Under the pieces are notes generated by a model. It ran no database searches. It was not told the origin of the DNA and saw only the letters and a program-made list of their open reading frames with translations. Of a DNA stretch of 32,000 nucleotides, positions 26,745 to 32,000 are shown piece after piece (position 1 is the first letter of the stretch; each line of letters starts with the position of its first letter). A program made the translations under genes and the position numbers. Source of the DNA: Nostoc minutum NIES-26 (lineage in GTDB: Bacteria; Cyanobacteriota; Cyanobacteriia; Cyanobacteriales; Nostocaceae); contig LXQD01000205.1 of the NCBI GenBank assembly GCA_003326215.1, forward strand, positions 65,301 through 97,300, read 5' to 3'.

Positions 26745-28295
26745 ATGAATATTGCACAAAATGTAGAACTTGGTTGTTATCTTTTTCCTAATAAACCAGC
26801 GCTCATCTTTGAAGAAGAATCTTTCACATACAAAGACTTGAACGAAAGAGCAAATCGTGTTGCTAACGGTCTACGCAGTTTGGGAATTAGGCGTGGAGAG
26901 CGTGTAGCTTTGTTTTTGCCAAACATTCCAGAATTTGTCTTTTCTTATCTTGGCATTCTGAAAATTGGTGCGATTGCTGTCTCAGTTAACGTCATGCTCA
27001 AAAGTGATGAAGTAAGCTATATTCTCAATGATTGTGCTGCCAAAGTAATCATTACAACAGAGTCTCAAAGTGAGTATGTGCAAGAGGCAGATTTAATCGC
27101 CTTACAACACATTTTAATTACAGAAGGCACAGCTAAAAAAGGTATTAGTCTAACAGAACTAATGGCAAAAGCTTCTCCTGAAGCACACGCAGTGGAAATG
27201 GCTCGCCACGCTCCTGCAAGTATCCTCTACACATCAGGCACTACAGGCTTTCCCAAAGGAGCTACACTTTCTCATGGCAATGTTCTTTTCAACAGCTATA
27301 GTGCTAACTGTTGTTATCGTATTCAAAAGAGCGATCGCTTACTACTTTACTTACCTTTATTCCATTGTTTTGGTCAAAATGCAATTCTCAACGCTAGTCT
27401 ATCTGCTTGTGCAACCCTGATATTACAACGCCGATTTGACTTAGAACAAGTCTTGAAAACCATCACTGTACATCAAGTGACAATGTTATTTGGAGTACCG
27501 ACAGTATTCATTAAACTGCTGAATATGGATACATCTGACTGTAACCTGAAAAATATTCGCTATTACTTTTCAGCAGCAGCACCCATGCCTTCTGAAGTAG
27601 CACAGCGTTGGTATCAAAAGTATGGAATTGTAATTCATGAAGGGTATGGTTTAACAGAAACATCGCCATTTGCTGCTTATAATCACAACTTGAAATACAA
27701 ACTAGGTAGCGTTGGTACTTCCATTGCAAATGTAGAAATAAAGATTGTTGATGGTAATGGTTATGAAGTACAAGCAGGCGAGTTAGGTGAAATAGTTATT
27801 AAAGGGCCAAACGTCATGCTTGGTTATTGGAATCGTCCTTTTGAAACAGCAGAGGTTATTAAAAATGGTTGGTTCCATACTGGTGATATTGGTCGGATGG
27901 ATGAAGAAGGTTTTTTCTACATCGTTGACCGCTTAAAAGACATGATTATTTTCTCTGGATTTAAAGTTTACCCAACAGAAGTTGAAAATATTATTTATCA
28001 ACATCCAGCGGTTGCTGAAGTAGCTGTATATGGAGTTGACGATCGCCTCAAAGGCGAGATTGTCAAAGCAAATATTGTCCTTAAAACTGGTCATCCAATA
28101 ACAGAACAACAAATCATTGACTTTTGTTATCAAAAGATGGCAGCTTACAAAATTCCCCGCGTAATTAAGTTTGTAGATTCAATTCCCAAAAACTCAACTG
28201 GTAAAGTATTGAAGCGAGTTTTACGTCAGGAATCAACAGTAGTCAGTAGTAGAGACGCGATTAATCGCGTCTGTACAGGAAGTAGTTGTCAGTAG
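26745..28295 (+). CDS. Aryl/acyl-CoA ligase (4-coumarate/cinnamate-CoA ligase-like)
   Basis: Motifs LYTSGTTGFPKGATLSHGN, GYGLTETS, HTGDIGRMDEEGFFYIVDRLKDMIIFSGFKVYPTEVE and PKNSTGKVLKR. The C-terminal ~19 aa (VVSSRDAINRVCTGSSCQ) are encoded by a dispersed repeat. Confidence 0.88.
   Translation: MNIAQNVELGCYLFPNKPALIFEEESFTYKDLNERANRVANGLRSLGIRRGERVALFLPNIPEFVFSYLGILKIGAIAVSVNVMLKSDEVSYILNDCAAKVIITTESQSEYVQEADLIALQHILITEGTAKKGISLTELMAKASPEAHAVEMARHAPASILYTSGTTGFPKGATLSHGNVLFNSYSANCCYRIQKSDRLLLYLPLFHCFGQNAILNASLSACATLILQRRFDLEQVLKTITVHQVTMLFGVPTVFIKLLNMDTSDCNLKNIRYYFSAAAPMPSEVAQRWYQKYGIVIHEGYGLTETSPFAAYNHNLKYKLGSVGTSIANVEIKIVDGNGYEVQAGELGEIVIKGPNVMLGYWNRPFETAEVIKNGWFHTGDIGRMDEEGFFYIVDRLKDMIIFSGFKVYPTEVENIIYQHPAVAEVAVYGVDDRLKGEIVKANIVLKTGHPITEQQIIDFCYQKMAAYKIPRVIKFVDSIPKNSTGKVLKRVLRQESTVVSSRDAINRVCTGSSCQ
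28237..28278 (+). repeat. Family A repeat (CAGTAGT x2 plus GTAGAGACGCGATTAATCGCGTCTGTACAG) forming the 3' end of the CoA-ligase CDS
   Basis: The sequence is cagtagtcagtagtagagacgcgattaatcgcgtctgtacag. The core agacgcgattaatcgcgtct is a perfect 20-bp palindrome. Confidence 0.85.
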
Positions 28296-30094
28296 TATTT
28301 TCCCCTCAGCTCTGTTACCCCCAATCCCTAAAGATCGTGAATTTAAAAAGTATTACCAAAACCTTAAATCCATTGGAGCAGTTGCAAAAAAGTACTGCTA
28401 TCCAACCCAATCTACTTTCACTTGACCAGACAAGCGATTTAACTGTTGCAGCAGCTTTAGTCAAGACACTGGAAGATTTAGGAGTCCGCTATGCTTTTGG
28501 CCTGTTCGGAGGCGGAATCACACCCCTTGTTGCTAGCTTAGAGCAAAGTTCAATCCAAGTACTGCAATTTCGTCATGAAGCCGGAGCCGCATTTGCAGCT
28601 ATTGAGTCTTACTTTGCTAGCGGACACCCAGTTGTAGTATTCAGCACAACTGGCCCAGGTATTACTAACGCTTTGACAGGATTGTTTGCTGCTCGTTGGG
28701 AAGGAGCAAAAATCATTTTCCTCTCGCCTTGCACCTCTGCAACACAACGCGGACGCTGGGCTTTTCAAGAAACCAGTCTGTACACCATGTCTAATACAGG
28801 CATTTTTACTTCAGGAACATTATTTCATTACGCCACCACTGTTGAATGTAGCTCGGAACTGCCAAAAATTGCTCGTAAGCTCTTGGCAGGTATGGGAAAA
28901 CCAGGGGGCTTTGTAGCTCATATCAGTATCCCTAGAGCAATTCAGACAAGTTCGCTGATGACACCATTACCTCGCGTGAATTTCTCTCAATCTTCGGTAA
29001 CTGCTGGGGAAGATGCTATCTGCAAGTCTTTACAACTGCTGTGTGAGGGGCCATTTGCCATTTGGGTTGGTTTCGGTGCTAGAGGTGCAGCCGCGGAAAT
29101 CCGCCAACTTGCTGAGAGAACCAAAGCTGCGGTGATGTCATCCTCTCGTGGTAAGGGGATATTTCCTGAAGATCATCCTCAGTTTGTGGGTGTTACAGGC
29201 TTCGGAGGACATAGCTCTGTTGTGAAGTATATGCAAGAGCATCGTCCTTTACGCGTACTGGTTTTGGGAACTCGGCTAGGTGAATTTACCTCGTTTTGGA
29301 GTCCGGTTATGGTTCCTTCACGCGGGTTTATACACGTAGATATTGACCCGGAAGTGCCAGGAACTGCTTATCCAGCAGCGGAGACATTTGCCGTCCACTC
29401 CGATATTGGAGCTTACGTTAAAGCATTGCTTAAGTATTTTCCACAAACTTATGGTTTGTCACCAATATTACCTTTACCTCGTGGCGATCGCCAATTAATC
29501 AAGCCCTATGGAGAAGGTCTAGTACGCCCTGAATTATTGATGGATGCAATTCAAAGGGTAATTGTTGAAAAAAGCGATGCAGTAGTAATGACCGAGGCAG
29601 GTAACTCCTTTGCTTGGGGAACCCACACGCTCAGATTTACTACACCAGGTCGTTACCGGGTAAGTACTGGGTTTGGCTCGATGGGGCACGCTGGCACGGG
29701 TATTTTAGGTGCTGCACTGGCGCGAAATCGTAAGGCGATCGCCATTCTTGGTGATGGTGCTATGCTCATGAACAGCGAAATTACTACCGCTGTCAAACAC
29801 AAAATTCCTGCCGTCTGGATTGTACTCAATGATGCACGTTACAACATGTGCGATCAAGGCATGAATATGGAAGGATTCTATGGTGTAGATGCAGAGATAT
29901 CCACCGCAGATTTCGTGATGATTGCCCGTGGTATGGGAGCTGATGGCATTCGTGTAGACAGCGAGTTTGATGTCGAAGCAGCCTTAGAAACAGCTCTAGC
30001 CTCTACTGTACCCTTTGTTGTTGACGTAGCGATCGACCCGACACGACCAGCACCAATTGGCACTCGAATTAACAGTTTAATCAGTAGTCAGTAG
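28286..30094 (+). CDS. Thiamine-diphosphate-dependent enzyme (acetolactate-synthase/carboligase family)
   Basis: An N-terminal Pyr-domain segment LVKTLEDLGVRYAFGLFGG and the catalytic Glu context FRHEAGAAFAA are present. The ThDP motif is GDGAMLMNSEITTAVKHKIPAVWIVLND, with GDG at 29750-29758. There is no in-frame ATG near the 5' end. The start could be TTG 28286 (overlapping the upstream stop), GTG 28337, or TTG 28373/28382. Confidence 0.85.
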   Translation: MSVVFSPQLCYPQSLKIVNLKSITKTLNPLEQLQKSTAIQPNLLSLDQTSDLTVAAALVKTLEDLGVRYAFGLFGGGITPLVASLEQSSIQVLQFRHEAGAAFAAIESYFASGHPVVVFSTTGPGITNALTGLFAARWEGAKIIFLSPCTSATQRGRWAFQETSLYTMSNTGIFTSGTLFHYATTVECSSELPKIARKLLAGMGKPGGFVAHISIPRAIQTSSLMTPLPRVNFSQSSVTAGEDAICKSLQLLCEGPFAIWVGFGARGAAAEIRQLAERTKAAVMSSSRGKGIFPEDHPQFVGVTGFGGHSSVVKYMQEHRPLRVLVLGTRLGEFTSFWSPVMVPSRGFIHVDIDPEVPGTAYPAAETFAVHSDIGAYVKALLKYFPQTYGLSPILPLPRGDRQLIKPYGEGLVRPELLMDAIQRVIVEKSDAVVMTEAGNSFAWGTHTLRFTTPGRYRVSTGFGSMGHAGTGILGAALARNRKAIAILGDGAMLMNSEITTAVKHKIPAVWIVLNDARYNMCDQGMNMEGFYGVDAEISTADFVMIARGMGADGIRVDSEFDVEAALETALASTVPFVVDVAIDPTRPAPIGTRINSLISSQ

Positions 30095-30252
30095 TAGAGA
30101 CGCGACGCCAGTCGCTACAACGGGGGGAACCCCCCTTCGGGTGACGCTCGCAGGCTCGCTAACGCTACGCTAACACAGTTGCCTGCGGAGGGAAACCCTC
30201 CCGCAGCACTGATTCACCGCAACGCGCTGGCTCATTAATCGCGTCTGTACAG
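30082..30252 (+). mobile_element. Family A repeat split by a nested 129-bp insertion (MITE-in-repeat)
   Basis: The left half cagtagtcagtagtagagacgcga lies at 30082-30105 and the right half ttaatcgcgtctgtacag at 30235-30252. Together they reconstitute the intact 28237-28278 copy exactly. The insert at 30106-30234 has its own hairpins, ggggggaacccccc and ctgcggagggaaaccctcccgcag. Confidence 0.75.
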
Positions 30253-30341
30253 TTGTTATCAGATTAATTGCGTCTGTTGTCATTAGTTATTCTCCGTGTC
30301 CTCGCGTCCCCTCATTACCCCACAACCAAAGGAAATTTCCC

Positions 30342-31472
30342 ATGATCTATCCACCCGTAGGTATTCGCTCAATTGCAATTAATTTTCCTAGTGTCATTCG
30401 CACTAATGATTATTGGCGCAAAAATTACCCTGATTTAGTTGCAATGGCAGAGGAAAAAAGTCTATCAAAGGTGTTTTCGCCTGCTGATTCTACCCCCAGC
30501 AATCAGTTTGAACAGGTAATGACACCGTATCTCAAAGACCCATTCCGTGGTACTATTGAGCGCCGAGTTCTCGGTTCGGATGAGTCATCGCTAACACTAG
30601 AGTATCAAGCAGCCAAGAATGCGATCGCAGCGGCAAATCTATCTCCAGAAGAAATCGATTTGATGATTGTTGCTTCACTCTGGCCGGAAAATATTCTACC
30701 TGGCAATGCCGCCTTTCTTGCTGGTCAACTCGGTCTGCGCGGTGCTGCTTGGAATTTGGATTCAACCTGTTCTAATGCTATGGTTGCTCTGCAAAACGCC
30801 ACTGCACTGGTGCGAACTGGAGAGTATCGCAATGTGCTGGTTGTGGTTTCTTGCACTTACTCTCGCTTTACCGATGAAAACGATACCCTCTCGTGGTTTT
30901 TCGGTGACGGTGCTGGAGCTTTTGTGGTTGCGCCGCTAAAACCAAGCCAGGGAATTCTTGGCAGCAAAATTGTGAATACATCTGCAACTTGTGGCACCTT
31001 CTATAATGAATTAACTATGGATGCTGAGGGCAAGCCAAGGATGTTAATTAGAGCAGCAAAAAATACTAACAGAGTACTGAGTGAGACTGCTGTGGATTAC
31101 CTACGCGAGTGCTGCTTGGGTGCTGTTGCTGCTGCTGGTGTTACCCTAGAGCAAATTCAATTTTTTGCTTTTAATACACCCACTGCCTGGTATTCGCATC
31201 TCTGCACGCAGGCGTTAGGCATCGAACCAGAGCGGACGATTAACCTTTACCCCTACTATGCAAACATTGGGCCAATGCTACCCATCGCCAATCTTTACCA
31301 CGGCGCACAATTAGGCAAGATTCACGAAAACGACTTAGTTCTCGTTTACACTGTTGGTTCTGTATCTAATGCTGCTGCAACTGTAATGCGCTGGGGCGAT
31401 GTTGCTCTAAGTACAGCACCCGCAACCTCAGCTAACCTGACAGATGTGTTGCCGAAACTGGTGCTAGTCTAA
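30342..31472 (+). CDS. KAS III (FabH)-like acyltransferase, candidate furanolide-synthase-type enzyme
   Basis: The fold is FabH-like, with the Cys in NLDSTCSNAMVAL (codon 30768-30770) and FFGDGAGAF. The HQAN His position reads AFNTP, and the NYGNTSAAS region reads YYANIGPML. Confidence 0.85.
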   Translation: MIYPPVGIRSIAINFPSVIRTNDYWRKNYPDLVAMAEEKSLSKVFSPADSTPSNQFEQVMTPYLKDPFRGTIERRVLGSDESSLTLEYQAAKNAIAAANLSPEEIDLMIVASLWPENILPGNAAFLAGQLGLRGAAWNLDSTCSNAMVALQNATALVRTGEYRNVLVVVSCTYSRFTDENDTLSWFFGDGAGAFVVAPLKPSQGILGSKIVNTSATCGTFYNELTMDAEGKPRMLIRAAKNTNRVLSETAVDYLRECCLGAVAAAGVTLEQIQFFAFNTPTAWYSHLCTQALGIEPERTINLYPYYANIGPMLPIANLYHGAQLGKIHENDLVLVYTVGSVSNAAATVMRWGDVALSTAPATSANLTDVLPKLVLV

Positions 31473-31569
31473 AATAATACCTTTTAAGAAACTCTAAGTA
31501 ATAAATTATTTAGCTTGAAGCAGTTGACTGTTAACTGCGTCTGGCTTTTCCCCATAATCCCAAGAAACA

Positions 31570-31602
31570 AGATACCCGATTTGTCTAAAAAGTCGGGTAT
31601 CT
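31570..31602 (+). terminator. 10-bp perfect hairpin about 100 nt downstream of the last gene
   Basis: The arms are agatacccga and tcgggtatct, with a 13-nt loop. Confidence 0.35.
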
Positions 31603-31661
31603 GTGCTTTCAATTCTGACAAATTAAATAGAACTACTATACTGGTTTTTATGCTCGAATCG

Positions 31662-31708
31662 TGACAAAAGTCATAGGTTGCTTTATGACTTTTGTCAGAA
31701 TATTTTTT
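31662..31708 (+). terminator. 14-bp perfect hairpin followed by a T-tract (rho-independent terminator-like)
   Basis: The arms are tgacaaaagtcata (31662-31675) and tatgacttttgtca (31685-31698), with loop ggttgcttt. The hairpin is followed by gaatattttttc. Confidence 0.5.
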
Positions 31709-32000
31709 CATAAAAAGATGTTTTAATAACTTCAGGGATTAACAAAATGAACTAAAAAAGTTATATAGTATACATTTTGTATTTAAGGGAAAGAAACAAT
31801 CACAATTAATTTCTTACTTATTATGGTAAGAAAAACTGAGTAACTCATAGCTAAAAATCAACATATTCTTCCCCTCCCTATTTTTGGTAAGGTTGAAACC
31901 TTTGTGATACTGTTGTTTGACTTGTTCGATTTTACCAAAAGTCAGTCAGATAAAAAAAGTTTTTGCCAAAAAGCTAAGATTTTTGTCATATAAAGAGAAC

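Noticed and set aside
31484-31711. A 75-aa minus-strand ORF downstream of the last gene.
   Set aside because: It is laid over two perfect hairpins and AT-rich DNA, with no motif or RBS support. The region is better explained as a terminator or repeat region.
31814-31864. A 16-codon minus-strand mini-ORF (MLIFSYELLSFSYHNK) preceded by a strong GGGAGGGG Shine-Dalgarno-like run.
   Set aside because: It is too short to support without expression or conservation data. The purine run may simply be a repeat fragment.
1-32000. Search for tRNA, rRNA, transposase, integrase or toxin-antitoxin genes.
   Set aside because: None were recognised. The MITE-like and dispersed repeats have no coding capacity, so any mobility would need trans-acting enzymes encoded elsewhere.

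Overview
This is a cyanobacterial, Nostocales-like secondary-metabolite locus. More than 20 HIP1 octamers (GCGATCGC), heptameric STRR arrays and dispersed palindromic repeats point to that taxon. All 16 supported genes lie on the + strand. (1) 2-14517 holds a 5'-truncated FAAL-ACP-KS-AT-KR-ACP-KS-(decayed AT) type I PKS. It is followed by an NRPS-like protein with the unusual order carrier-C-carrier-A-C and no cis thioesterase. (2) 14898-19680 is an apparently unrelated insert: two PEP-CTERM-type secreted proteins, a repeat-bearing hypothetical, a cupin and a multi-pass membrane protein. (3) 19909-24860 encodes a type II thioesterase, a type I-alpha DAHP synthase, an ACP-like protein whose phosphopantetheine serine is tyrosine, and FabF-like and FabH-like synthases. 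(4) 24974-31472 encodes phenylalanine ammonia-lyase, an aryl-CoA ligase, a ThDP-dependent carboligase-like enzyme and a FabH-like protein lacking the catalytic His. This gene logic matches what I recall for furanolide (cyanobacterin/nostoclide-type) core assembly. Dispersed repeat elements are inserted in frame into several megasynthase linkers, one exactly at the A/C junction where a PCP would be expected. Another repeat copy is split by a nested 129-bp element. No tRNA, rRNA, CRISPR array or transposase gene was seen. All family assignments come from motif recognition by eye, and no searches were run.
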